Virus record (IMG/VR): IMGVR_UViG_3300035661_000068 | Coordinates: 1 to 61,728 of that record | Source of the DNA: a virus | Lineage: Duplodnaviria; Caudoviricetes | Length of the DNA stretch: 61,728 nt | Strand: one strand, 5' to 3' | Part shown: one piece after another, positions 18,501 to 26,751 of the stretch | How the letters are laid out: the number at the start of each line of letters is the position of its first letter | Numbering within the stretch: position 1 is the stretch's first letter | Notes under the pieces: generated by a model | The model's database searches: none | What the model was told of the DNA's origin: nothing | Seen by the model: the letters and a program-made list of their open reading frames with translations, nothing else | Translations under genes and position numbers: made by a program

Positions 18501-19046
18501 ATACCCATTATTCTGGATCTCGATGAAGAAGTCTTTGCCGAACGTCTTCTGAGCCCAGTCGCAATACCGACGAGCTTCGGAAAACTTGTCGCCCATGATG
18601 AGGTCGGAGAACTCAGACGAGATGCAGCCGCTCAGGCAGATCAGACCTTCCGAATGAAGCTCCAGCAGCTCTTTGTCCACGCGAGGCTTGTAGTAGTAGC
18701 CTTCGATGAACGCCTTCGACGAGAGCCGGAACAGATTCCGTACACCCTCGCCGTTCTTGGCCAGCATCGTGAGATGGAACGAATGCTCTTTGCCAGAACA
18801 TCCGCCTGTCCTGCCACGCTCGGTTCGGTGCCCAGGAGCCACGTAAAGCTCGATGCCAGCGATCGGCTTGACGCCCTGTTCCTTGCAGTGATGCAGGAGC
18901 TGAGGGAATGCGGCCATGTTGCCGTGGTCGGTGACGGCGATGGCGTCCATCCCGCTGGCTTTGACGTGTTTGACCAGCTCGGGGATCCGGTTGGCACCGT
19001 CGAGGAGCGACATCGTGCTGTGGCAATGAAGGTGAGCGTATTTCAA
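15552..19046 (-). CDS. dnaE: DNA polymerase III alpha subunit (family C)
   Basis: PHP HLHCHS..SLLDG, TDHGN; ARGSA, PDIDID, LLKMDFLGL, YGFNKSH, C-terminal OB fold. Confidence 0.97.
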   Translation of the reverse strand: MKYAHLHCHSTMSLLDGANRIPELVKHVKASGMDAIAVTDHGNMAAFPQLLHHCKEQGVKPIAGIELYVAPGHRTERGRTGGCSGKEHSFHLTMLAKNGEGVRNLFRLSSKAFIEGYYYKPRVDKELLELHSEGLICLSGCISSEFSDLIMGDKFSEARRYCDWAQKTFGKDFFIEIQNNGYEPQVAHMIRAVDLARSKGIPLVGTSDAHYMRQEDSIPHDIMLCINTGARHDDVNRMRFSTDQFYVKNPTEMLAAMPDQREALERTQEIADSIEDSYTSLEFGKRQFPSFEVPSGTVDSYLRELCLKGLSERYEVVGQEHLDRLNRELKVISKLGFSSYFLILWDVVRYARSQGIPCIARGSACGAITAYSLYISSVCPLRYRLLFERFLDESRAEAPDIDIDICTERRAEIYQYVVDKYGEDRVCQIGTYGTLSAKSCIADVGRVLGMSLSDVKKLKECVPETLHCTIESAIEQSEDLRKIIDENPLAKRVIDMARRIEGIEKSAGTHAAGVVVCNQPIMNICPLQRLKVKEDGKSTGQHAVSTQWAMGDVEKSGLLKMDFLGLRNLTIMEACRKLLASLGTTFDQYRIPMDDPGVYAMMARGETKGVFQLESSGMRELLIKMQPDVIDHIIAIVALYRPGPLDGGVVDDYVDRRHGRKVIEPIHSDVDSFITESYGLMIYQEDIMQILNKLGGIPLTEAYKIIKAIAKKKLDMILSAKEKFISGCADRGINDLAATMMFEKIEKFCLYGFNKSHAAAYADLAYKTAYLKHHYPREYMTCLLSSEQEGANREKYLSEHILDCRRMDIEVLCPDVNRSGADCQLDGDVIRLGLSVVKGIGRDAAEMIAANQPYGDILDLFERSSLASLMRKEDRKQKVTGGAVESLIHSGALDSLGKKRSQWLAVADTAMQHGKSKAKRKAGGQTTMEELLGEDTSMWLPPIPELPDKIRYAEEKRVLGFYMSGHPLNEHRAAVEPLSTHRCDQLDVLCDKSQVILGGMISSFEVKQFAHGGTMVQFAPMVFDDFYGSVRAVAWSECFYKCRSFLGEDRIGFIVGKVRRKGDDIQVYCDDWVPIEEAGYLARCILVKTEHISSVASIVKQNPGQIPVYGEGNDVPRTVYLIGNVDPQVSVMAKFRSIGQVRLVGHNDKPTGPQPIVKRYLDNA

Positions 19047-19309
19047 GATTCAGTCTCTTGCTTGTATTGTCGGCATGCCTTGGTCAATAGCTCAATGAGC
19101 CGCTGAGGAATCTCAGGAGACGGGTTAGGATAAACGGCAACCGATCCGCAGCCGCCACAGCATCCGCACTGAACCGCATCATCGAGGTCAAACTTTCCAC
19201 CACCGATAGTGCCGTAACCGCCGCAGACGCTGCATTTCTCACGCAGTGGCCCGCCGATCCGTTTCTACGCGACCTCGATCAAAAGTCTCCAACCGTCCTG
19301 CTCAGTCAT
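19043..19309 (-). pseudogene. DnaJ-type zinc-finger small gene with in-frame TAG at codon 15 (pseudogene or readthrough)
   Basis: MTEQDGWRLLIEVA*KRIGGPLREKCSVCGGYG...CGCCGGCG...ETES*; TAG at 19265-19267; stop overlaps dnaE start. Confidence 0.7.
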
Positions 19310-19706
19310 CGCTGAACTTTCCGATCTGAGTCATGATCATATTGGCGAACCGGCTCGGCACGCCACGGTTGTGAGGAACGAGCCAAACTTCTGGATGGGC
19401 GACCAGGACGCCAGGATTATCCCGCTCGAACAGCGTCGTGAGATCTGGCAAGATCGTAACCTGAAACCATCCGTCATCGTTGGACCATTCGAGGCTGATA
19501 GGGTCAGCTAACGAGCCGCCAGTCCGCTTCGTCGATAACAGCGGAATCGGCAACGCTGTTCCGACCCGATCGTACACCGCCTGATTAACCTGTCCGAAAC
19601 GGATGACCGCCATCAGGTTGACTGCACCCTGGTCTGGACCACCTTTGGTCGTGCGGATCTTCTCGACCATCTTATCAATCTCTGCGTCTCGTTGTTTGCG
19701 TGTCAT
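19302..19706 (-). CDS. Hypothetical protein
   Basis: Likely start MTRKQRDAE with AGGAG RBS. Confidence 0.6.
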   Translation of the reverse strand: MTRKQRDAEIDKMVEKIRTTKGGPDQGAVNLMAVIRFGQVNQAVYDRVGTALPIPLLSTKRTGGSLADPISLEWSNDDGWFQVTILPDLTTLFERDNPGVLVAHPEVWLVPHNRGVPSRFANMIMTQIGKFSDD

Positions 19707-19752
19707 ATCGGCTCCTAATGTTGAATGTGACAGCCACATCTTACAACGCCGA

Positions 19753-20013
19753 TCACAACTTGTCAAGGCATGGATGGCGATCGCGCAGAGATCTAGCCGA
19801 TTCGAGCGAGCATCCGAGCTTAAACAGCACGACTCGCTGCCTAATAAGATCTGTCCTGGCGAGTTCGACGGCTGACTCAAAATGGGCGATGGCGGCGTCG
19901 ATCGCCTGATCACGAGTTTCATAATACGCAGTACCGTGGATCTGCGGACCTTCGAGGAAGACGATTTCGACGTTGTCGTCTAGACACTGGACCCAATGAA
20001 GACCACGCATCAA
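19753..20013 (-). CDS. Hypothetical protein
   Basis: ORF overlapping dnaB stop. Confidence 0.55.
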   Translation of the reverse strand: MMRGLHWVQCLDDNVEIVFLEGPQIHGTAYYETRDQAIDAAIAHFESAVELARTDLIRQRVVLFKLGCSLESARSLRDRHPCLDKL

Positions 20014-21323
20014 AACACCACCTGATCACTCATGACTTTGAGGTTCTCGAATCGTTGTGAGTGAGCACGGAACGCGGTGAAGATATTACCAGGGGCACCG
20101 TGACGGTTCTTCGGCACGATGATCTCGGCGATCCCAGGCATGCTGTCAGGATCGTAGTATTCTGGCCGATGCAAGAGCAGGATCGTGTCAGCGTCTTGCT
20201 CGATCGCGCCTGACTCGCGGAGATCAGACATGACAGGGCGGTGCCCATCGCGACCCTCAGCTTTTCGGTTGAGCTGCGAGAGCATAATGACCGGCACGTT
20301 GAGTTCGCGAGCCATGATCTTGCCCTGGCGACTCATCTTAGATATCTGCTCTTGTCGCGAGTCTCGTGATTCCACGCTGCTGACGAGCTGCAGATAATCA
20401 ATAACGATCAAGCCGAGACCAGTGGTCCGCTTCTGCTTCCTCGCCATCGCCAGTATGTCGAGCATCGTCATGTTGGGATTATCCTCGATCAGCATAGGGC
20501 TTCTGCGTTTAACAAACCCCTCAGCACAATCTCGAAGCATCATCCGCTCAACATCGGTGAGCAAGACGGACTGCCTGATACTGTTGTACGGAACATCGGT
20601 CCAGAGCGAAAACAGCTTATTAAGAACTTCCGCTTTAGACATCTCAAGACTAAAGAAGAGGATCGGTTCGCCCAGCACCCACCCGACATAATCCATCAGA
20701 TTGAGCACGAATGAGGTCTTACCCATCGCGGGCCTACCCGCAACGATCGTGACCATGCCGTCGCAGAGTCCTCCGATGAGCTGATCTAGCTTAACAAGGC
20801 CAGTAGGTTTGCCCGGAAGGTAGACGCCAGACCTGATCCGCTCCTCGATCGCCGCGACGGCCCCCATGGCCTCTGACCGAACATCGACAACCGTGGAGAC
20901 AACTGATTCTTCAGCAATCGAGTTGAACGTGTCGGATGCCGTCTGAATCAACTCTCGTCCAGACACCTGCTCGTCCGCCGACATCTTGATCAATTCGCTT
21001 CCAAGCCGAGCCATTTCACGCTTGTTGGCGTGCTCGCGAACGATGCCAGCGTAGCCGCGAGCATTCCGGCCATTCAAAACCGACGAGAAAGCGTCGACCA
21101 GATAGGTCTCGCCGACTTCGCTGACTTTGCCCTTCCTTGACAGCTCGTTGAACAGCATGACGCTGTCGACGGGTGATCCGCTCTGGTACAGATCCAAGAC
21201 AGCCTGCCATACAATGGCGTTCCGCTCAGAATCCATGTGTGATGGCTTGACGTGTGATACGTCGTCCAACATGTCATTGTCATGCAAGACTGAGCCGATG
21301 AGGGCTAATTCGGCGTCGACCAT
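20010..21323 (-). CDS. dnaB: Replicative DNA helicase
   Basis: AGRPAMGKT, FFSLEMS, VIDYLQL, LSQLNR, SDLRESGAIEQDAD, KNRHG. Confidence 0.97.
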   Translation of the reverse strand: MVDAELALIGSVLHDNDMLDDVSHVKPSHMDSERNAIVWQAVLDLYQSGSPVDSVMLFNELSRKGKVSEVGETYLVDAFSSVLNGRNARGYAGIVREHANKREMARLGSELIKMSADEQVSGRELIQTASDTFNSIAEESVVSTVVDVRSEAMGAVAAIEERIRSGVYLPGKPTGLVKLDQLIGGLCDGMVTIVAGRPAMGKTSFVLNLMDYVGWVLGEPILFFSLEMSKAEVLNKLFSLWTDVPYNSIRQSVLLTDVERMMLRDCAEGFVKRRSPMLIEDNPNMTMLDILAMARKQKRTTGLGLIVIDYLQLVSSVESRDSRQEQISKMSRQGKIMARELNVPVIMLSQLNRKAEGRDGHRPVMSDLRESGAIEQDADTILLLHRPEYYDPDSMPGIAEIIVPKNRHGAPGNIFTAFRAHSQRFENLKVMSDQVVF

Positions 21324-21347
21324 ATTCCGCCTTGACCGCTAGACGTG

Positions 21348-21376
21348 AAAACGCCTGACGGTGTTACCCGCCAGGC
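21348..21376 (-). terminator. Probable intrinsic terminator after ssb
   Basis: GCCTGGCGG-GTAACA-CCGTCAGGC followed by GTTTT on the minus strand. Confidence 0.5.
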
Positions 21377-21404
21377 AGTTGATGTTACGTTTCGACCATC
21401 ACGA

Positions 21405-21890
21405 TCAGAATGGAATGTCTTCGTCAGACTCGCCAGTCGTGGGCGGAACGTGGCTGGATCGGGCTGGTGGTGCCGTGCGTCCGGGGCGAGTCGGAGGCGT
21501 CGCGGCCTTGGGCTTGTCGCCTGCGGGTGCGGCGGTGGCGGCGGATGCGTCCTTACGGTCGAGGAACTGGATACGTTCGGCCCGGATCTTCATCTTGGTT
21601 TTCTTTTCGCCAGTCGTCTTGTCGTCCCATGTGTCCAGCTTGAGTTTGCCCTCGACGTAGATGAGCGACCCCTTCTTGACGAACTGAGAGACCGTCTCAG
21701 CTTGACGATCCCATACGTCGATGTCGACAAACACCGTTTCTTCCTTGTCGTTGCCATCCTTGTCTTTCCAGCGTTCAGAAACAGCGAGACCAACATTGGC
21801 CGCTGGGGTTCCGCCTGGGGTGTAACGCAACTCAACATCACGAGTCACGTTTCCAATCAAAATCACCTTGTTAACTGATGCCACGATCAT
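21405..21890 (-). CDS. ssb: Single-stranded DNA-binding protein
   Basis: VNKVILIGNVTRDVELRYTP, YVEGKL, C-terminal DEDIPF. Confidence 0.97.
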   Translation of the reverse strand: MIVASVNKVILIGNVTRDVELRYTPGGTPAANVGLAVSERWKDKDGNDKEETVFVDIDVWDRQAETVSQFVKKGSLIYVEGKLKLDTWDDKTTGEKKTKMKIRAERIQFLDRKDASAATAAPAGDKPKAATPPTRPGRTAPPARSSHVPPTTGESDEDIPF

Positions 21891-21959
21891 AGCTCCTGCA
21901 CGTCTGATCAGTACGACACACCCGACGTGGGCAAGATGCGTCGCTCCCGGACTGCCGGG

Positions 21960-22511
21960 TCAAATGAGGTTGATCTGTTCAGCCTCAATAGAAAACCCCC
22001 ACCAGACCCTGGTGACGGAACGGCCCCTGTCGACGGAGAGCAACGATTCGTGAGAACCATCGTCAACGCCGAAGTAGTCTCGTATCATTGTACGATCGGA
22101 AAAAGATTCGACAAGCCCTCCGTTCAACATTTTTTCCGACTCAATCCTCGCAGCTTCCGGATCGCCAAGTGGTCGATACGCGGAACAGGCGATCCGATTG
22201 AACTTTTCGCCCAGCGCCGCGACGGTTAGATCTTCGTTGGCAAAGAAATGGACGTCAAAGTCGGAACACGTGCGGAATTGATCTTGCAGTTCATAGCAGT
22301 AAGTGGCGTCCTCGTGACAGTCAATCCGGAGCAGCCTGCCCCTGGATTGTCGGGATTCACGCAGGTGGTATCGACGGATGCGTGATCCATCCTGGCGAGT
22401 CACCACGTCTGTGGAATAGCAAAGCCATGTTTCGGGTTGGTTCTTGATATTGTTGAAGTGGGGATCGTCTAGGATCTGTAGCATACGTCCGAGATTCATC
22501 ATGAGTACCAT
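21960..22511 (-). CDS. Hypothetical protein
   Basis: 183-aa ORF. Confidence 0.6.
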   Translation of the reverse strand: MVLMMNLGRMLQILDDPHFNNIKNQPETWLCYSTDVVTRQDGSRIRRYHLRESRQSRGRLLRIDCHEDATYCYELQDQFRTCSDFDVHFFANEDLTVAALGEKFNRIACSAYRPLGDPEAARIESEKMLNGGLVESFSDRTMIRDYFGVDDGSHESLLSVDRGRSVTRVWWGFSIEAEQINLI

Positions 22512-22984
22512 GGCTCCACGGGTTGACAGGCAAACAAACGAATGTTCGCTTCCTGTGCCTTAGTCAGAAGTGTAGTGCTGAACCTCGACGTGAATGGCTG
22601 CGGTTCAGATAATGGCGAGACGGAAGAAATTTTCAAGCAATATTCACCATTTCTCCACAATTGTTCGTCGTCGAGACCGAAGTACCGGTAGTCAAAATTA
22701 TCCTGCTTGAATTTGTCCGCATTCTGCATGTGCTCGACGTCATAAATCTCAGCCGCAGCCAAGATATGGTCGACCGGCATCAGCCTCCTCGATCTGACGC
22801 CAATTCCTCGTAGTATAACTTCGAGCGATTTGGCAACTTGGAGATTGCGATCCGTCCACGGGCCAGCCTGAATCGCGATCGGGCCAGGATGAACACCACG
22901 TTCGCACGGGAACATGGAGATCATGCCGACTGAAGCGAGTGTCGCGAACGGTTGCGGAACGACAACGGCTTTCATCTTTCTCAT
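22499..22984 (-). CDS. ASCH-domain protein
   Basis: MKAVVVPQPFATL...GPIAIQAG typical ASCH N-terminus. Confidence 0.65.
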   Translation of the reverse strand: MRKMKAVVVPQPFATLASVGMISMFPCERGVHPGPIAIQAGPWTDRNLQVAKSLEVILRGIGVRSRRLMPVDHILAAAEIYDVEHMQNADKFKQDNFDYRYFGLDDEQLWRNGEYCLKISSVSPLSEPQPFTSRFSTTLLTKAQEANIRLFACQPVEPWYS

Positions 22985-22990
22985 AGCACC

Positions 22991-23019
22991 ATCCTACGTT
23001 GATCCCACATAATTGTCAA
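22991..23019 (-). promoter_or_regulatory. Sigma70-type leftward promoter at the strand switch (probably leaderless transcript)
   Basis: TTGACA-17 nt-TAGGAT; -10 box ends 6 nt before the ATG at 22984. Confidence 0.7.
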
Positions 23020-23136
23020 GTCAGCACTGAAGATATCCTCGTGTGTTTTTTTTATTACATTGCAAAGTAACGACTTATAAAAAACGAAAGACGACACCGT
23101 GGTCCAAAACGAGTTATGGTATACGGGAGGTGATTC

Positions 23137-23553
23137 GTGAAATTTGCCCGAAGGTCACAAAACGGCGAAGAGGTTCATCTGACAGGCGATGAAAAAAGGT
23201 CCGAAGTCGTGGTAGACCGGGAGAGCAGCCGCATCAAACGGGTTAGGAATATCGCTGCGATCTTGATGGCTGAGGATGGCTGGACAACAGAAGAAGTTGG
23301 TTGCGAATTTGGACTGCATCGAGACTACGTCAGCAAACTGGTTCGATCAATTATCAAGGAAAACGACGGCGACCTGATGCGGTGGGATAAAAGCGGAAGG
23401 CCGCCTCGTAGAAGCAAAGAAATTGAGCTGGCCAGAGGCAAGATTATCAGGCGGCTGACACAGTCTGGCATCACGGCGGACGAAATCTTCGCCCTGTTCC
23501 ATATCACGAGAAACAAAATCGCGAGAATCCTCAATGATAAGTCGTATTCCTAA
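23137..23553 (+). CDS. Double HTH DNA-binding protein (candidate late regulator)
   Basis: GWTTEEVGCEFGLHRDYVSKL and GITADEIFALFHITRNKIARI HTH-like segments; GGAGGT RBS. Confidence 0.7.
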   Translation: MKFARRSQNGEEVHLTGDEKRSEVVVDRESSRIKRVRNIAAILMAEDGWTTEEVGCEFGLHRDYVSKLVRSIIKENDGDLMRWDKSGRPPRRSKEIELARGKIIRRLTQSGITADEIFALFHITRNKIARILNDKSYS

Positions 23554-23758
23554 GCCGGTTTGCGTCAATTTCGGTCGACCGGGATGGTCGCCAGAACGTG
23601 AACAGAAGCCTGATCTTGGCAAAACGTGCGACGTCTGCGGTGCGGTCAACGTATCAGGCACGATGACAGGCGGATCAATCAAAGATGGATCGAGACAATA
23701 CTGCGCGGCTTGTTGCCGCACTGGATTTGAAAACCAATTGAAACGAACCAAGCCATAA
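23534..23758 (+). CDS. Small Zn-finger protein
   Basis: CDVC...YCAAC. Confidence 0.55.
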   Translation: MISRIPKPVCVNFGRPGWSPEREQKPDLGKTCDVCGAVNVSGTMTGGSIKDGSRQYCAACCRTGFENQLKRTKP

Positions 23759-23768
23759 AGAGGCAACG

Positions 23769-24200
23769 ATGGCCGATCCAACGGCACCAACACCCTGGTA
23801 TAAGAAAATTGATTTCGTACAAATTTTCATGGTCGGTTTTATGTCGTTCATGGCATATACGGTCTACGACCTAAAAACCAACGGAACAACCAATTACGCC
23901 GTCGCCGTCGACCCTGAAGCGATCAGGCTTGGCCAGCTTTATCTACCCCTGCACAACGACGCCTACTACCAGTCGGTCGAGGCTGAGGTGCAGGACATCT
24001 TGGCTGGCAAGTCGATCGAGGAGGCTCAGGCCCACCGGGCTCAGGTCGAGCAGTCGATTCGAGCAAAAGCCTACACCGATTTGGTCGGAAACAAGATCTT
24101 CAACATCATCCCTGCCGGGACCACGACGTTGACATCCGACCAGAAAGACCACCTCGCGTCTTTCCTACGAGGGACGGCCAAGCCGTTTAAGAAGCGATGA
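23769..24200 (+). CDS. Membrane-anchored hypothetical protein
   Basis: N-terminal hydrophobic segment. Confidence 0.65.
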   Translation: MADPTAPTPWYKKIDFVQIFMVGFMSFMAYTVYDLKTNGTTNYAVAVDPEAIRLGQLYLPLHNDAYYQSVEAEVQDILAGKSIEEAQAHRAQVEQSIRAKAYTDLVGNKIFNIIPAGTTTLTSDQKDHLASFLRGTAKPFKKR

Positions 24201-25102
24201 GCGAACACGACGAGCCTCAGGATCTTTCGCACTTAGGCGGATGGGACGAGCATAATCCGGATCGTATCGCGTTCGCGATGTCGCAGGATGCGTTCAGTGA
24301 CGTCGCGAGTCATCTGTTCCAAGGTTCGCCGCCAGAGACGGTTCTGCTTTACAAGGCATGGAAAGACGTGCTGGGTCAGTATCCGGCGTATCCGGCGCAG
24401 GAGATTGGCGATTGCACGAGCTTCGGAACCGGCCACGCCAACGACCTGCTCCAATGCGTACAGATCGCTATTGGCAAAAAACCGTTTGAATTCCACGAGA
24501 CTTGCACGGAAGCCATCTATGGCGTCGGTCGCGAGTTGGCCAACATGCTCGGCGGTGGTGATGGATGCTATGGCGGTGCCGTAGCTAAAGCAGTCTCTCA
24601 GGTCGGTGCTACCGATCGCAAGTCTGTCGGTCCATACTCTGGAAGCCGTGCGAAATCATGGGGACGATCTGGCGTTCCGGCTGACGTGAAGGCGAAGCTC
24701 GCCGCTCACAAGGTCGGTTCGATCGCTCTGGTCGCGACGACAGATGATGTCGTGACAGCCCTGGCTAATGGCAACCCTTGCATCGTGTGCTCCAACCAGG
24801 GGTTCACCATGACCCGCGATACTAACGGCATGTGTAGTGCCAAGGGGGCGTGGGCGCATTGTATGTGCATCATTGGATATCGCACACACAACGGAAACAA
24901 AGAATTTTGTATCGGTCAATCATGGGGTCCAAGCACTCCGTCGGGTCCAACCACAGACGATCAGCCTGACTTTAGCTTCTGGATCACCAGCTCAACATTA
25001 GCCTCCATGCTTCGTGGGCAAGACTCGTGGGCATTGAGTGCGTTCGACGGCTGGCCCGGCCAAGCGATTCCGGCCCACTGGACCATCGGAGGCTTCGCGT
25101 GA
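24197..25102 (+). CDS. Papain-like (C1 family) cysteine peptidase
   Basis: QEIGDCTSFG (Gln/Cys), WAHCMCIIGY (His), GQSWG (variant of NSWG). Confidence 0.8.
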   Translation: MSEHDEPQDLSHLGGWDEHNPDRIAFAMSQDAFSDVASHLFQGSPPETVLLYKAWKDVLGQYPAYPAQEIGDCTSFGTGHANDLLQCVQIAIGKKPFEFHETCTEAIYGVGRELANMLGGGDGCYGGAVAKAVSQVGATDRKSVGPYSGSRAKSWGRSGVPADVKAKLAAHKVGSIALVATTDDVVTALANGNPCIVCSNQGFTMTRDTNGMCSAKGAWAHCMCIIGYRTHNGNKEFCIGQSWGPSTPSGPTTDDQPDFSFWITSSTLASMLRGQDSWALSAFDGWPGQAIPAHWTIGGFA

Positions 25103-25632
25103 TGATCCTAGCGTGCCTCATGATGTTCGACTGGGGCGTCGCGGGGTTTGGTGCCGACCCTAGCAAGATCGAACCTCCACCCAAGATCGCGGCCCTAAAC
25201 GATGGGTTCAAGTCGTTTGAGCCAATCGGATCGCTTCCTCCGTCGATCACCAAGACTGAGAATCCGCAAGCCGAATCTATCAAGGTTGATCCGATCAAGG
25301 TACATCCCCCTGAACACCGGCTGACCGCCAGAGACTTCGACCGGGCCAAACGCGGCAAGGCTGAAAAGCCACCCGAGTGCCGATGCGACAATTGCACCTG
25401 TGAAGTTTGCGAATGTGATGGCCAAGAGAGCCACGACACGTGGGTCTGGTCGACCAACGAGGGAGTCGCCGACTACCGATGGGGGCAGCTCCGAGACGGG
25501 ATGTTCTATCCGACCTCAACCGAACCATTGACGCCCAAGCCTCAACCACCCATCGCTAACGGCTACACCGTCACGGCAAAATCATGTGTCAACGGAACCT
25601 GCCAGTACACCACCAGATTTGTGAGGAATTGA
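25102..25632 (+). CDS. Secreted Cys-rich hypothetical protein
   Basis: Signal-like N-terminus; CRCDNCTCEVCEC; CVNGTC. Confidence 0.6.
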   Translation: MILACLMMFDWGVAGFGADPSKIEPPPKIAALNDGFKSFEPIGSLPPSITKTENPQAESIKVDPIKVHPPEHRLTARDFDRAKRGKAEKPPECRCDNCTCEVCECDGQESHDTWVWSTNEGVADYRWGQLRDGMFYPTSTEPLTPKPQPPIANGYTVTAKSCVNGTCQYTTRFVRN

Positions 25633-25633
25633 C

Positions 25634-26053
25634 ATGTCAGACGAATTGAATCCTCAGCCCGTCCAGGCTGATCCAACGCCAACGCCAACGCCAACGCCAA
25701 CGCCAACGCCTGCGAAGCCGACTTGGTTCGAGAAGCTGGCCAAGGTCATCGACTTCTTGCTGAGCCTCTTGACCGCGTTGAAAGCTGCGATTGATCCAAC
25801 CGTGACGAAGCTCGCCGATCAGTACAAGCTTTTCGGCTCACCCGAAGGCGACACGAACGGCAAAGACTTGGTCGCCTCGATGAAGGCGGCAGTGCCGACG
25901 TCGGCCACACTGACCGCGATCCTGACGATCGTGCTCCAAGTGTTGGGCGTCGTGCTGACTCTGCCCCAGATCAGTGGATCATTCATCGCCGTGTTCATCA
26001 TCCACTTTATCATCAACATGATCCAGCGTTACGTCAACGGCCCAACCGTATAA
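25634..26053 (+). CDS. Holin-like membrane protein with PT repeat
   Basis: Two C-terminal hydrophobic helices; (PT)6 near the N-terminus. Confidence 0.55.
   Translation: MSDELNPQPVQADPTPTPTPTPTPTPAKPTWFEKLAKVIDFLLSLLTALKAAIDPTVTKLADQYKLFGSPEGDTNGKDLVASMKAAVPTSATLTAILTIVLQVLGVVLTLPQISGSFIAVFIIHFIINMIQRYVNGPTV
25673..25708 (+). repeat. (CCAACG)6 perfect tandem repeat
   Basis: Read directly; encodes PTPTPTPTPTPT. Confidence 0.95.
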
Positions 26054-26063
26054 CGGAGGTCCG

Positions 26064-26324
26064 ATGACGACCGATGAGATCAAGAATCAGCTAGTCAAGA
26101 TCATCACCGAGCAGGCCAGGGATCATAAGGCTGACCTGCTCAGTGGGGTTCCGTTTCTAGCCAGAGGGATCGCCGGGAGAGTGTACGAGAAGGGCATCGG
26201 CATCATTCCAACGGTCGTCGAGAAGTTATTGATTCAGATCTCTGAGTCTTTTCTTTCTATGACCGGAGCTGACCTGCTCCGTCTACTCACCGAAATCAAA
26301 ATGAAAGCGGAATACAACCGCTGA
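26064..26324 (+). CDS. Hypothetical protein
   Basis: ORF with GGAGGT RBS. Confidence 0.7.
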   Translation: MTTDEIKNQLVKIITEQARDHKADLLSGVPFLARGIAGRVYEKGIGIIPTVVEKLLIQISESFLSMTGADLLRLLTEIKMKAEYNR

Positions 26325-26331
26325 GGATAAC

Positions 26332-26751
26332 ATGATCGAGACCCAACAGATCCAGAATCACTTGACGATCTACGGCTGGCCGAAAGCGTTGGCCGCGACT
26401 ATGTTTTCCTGGTCCGGTACGCTGGTCGCGAACATCACAGAGGTTCCGTGGACTGGGATCTTCATGGCCGTGTGCGGCGTCATTCCACCGATCCTCAAGA
26501 TCATCTTCGACAACCGGCTCCGCAACCAGCAGAGCAACCTCGAATACATCGCAAGGCTGACGAAGGACCGTGAAGAGCAACTGCAACGAGCCAAGCAGGA
26601 TGAGGATGAGCTGGAGAAGCTGATCGACCACAATACCACGATCGAGCGATCGAATCAAGCCATCCTGGACTCAGTTCGCCAGAGTGGCCAGGATATCGAA
26701 GCGTTAAAGAGCGAAGTGCTGAAGCTCAAGGAAGTCAAACCGTATGAGTAA
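26332..26751 (+). CDS. Membrane protein with C-terminal coiled coil (holin/lysis accessory candidate)
   Basis: Hydrophobic segments followed by heptad-like region. Confidence 0.6.
   Translation: MIETQQIQNHLTIYGWPKALAATMFSWSGTLVANITEVPWTGIFMAVCGVIPPILKIIFDNRLRNQQSNLEYIARLTKDREEQLQRAKQDEDELEKLIDHNTTIERSNQAILDSVRQSGQDIEALKSEVLKLKEVKPYE

Noticed and set aside
25673-25708. (CCAACG)6 as a phase-variation switch
   Set aside because: A 6-nt unit keeps the frame and only changes the length of a Pro-Thr linker.
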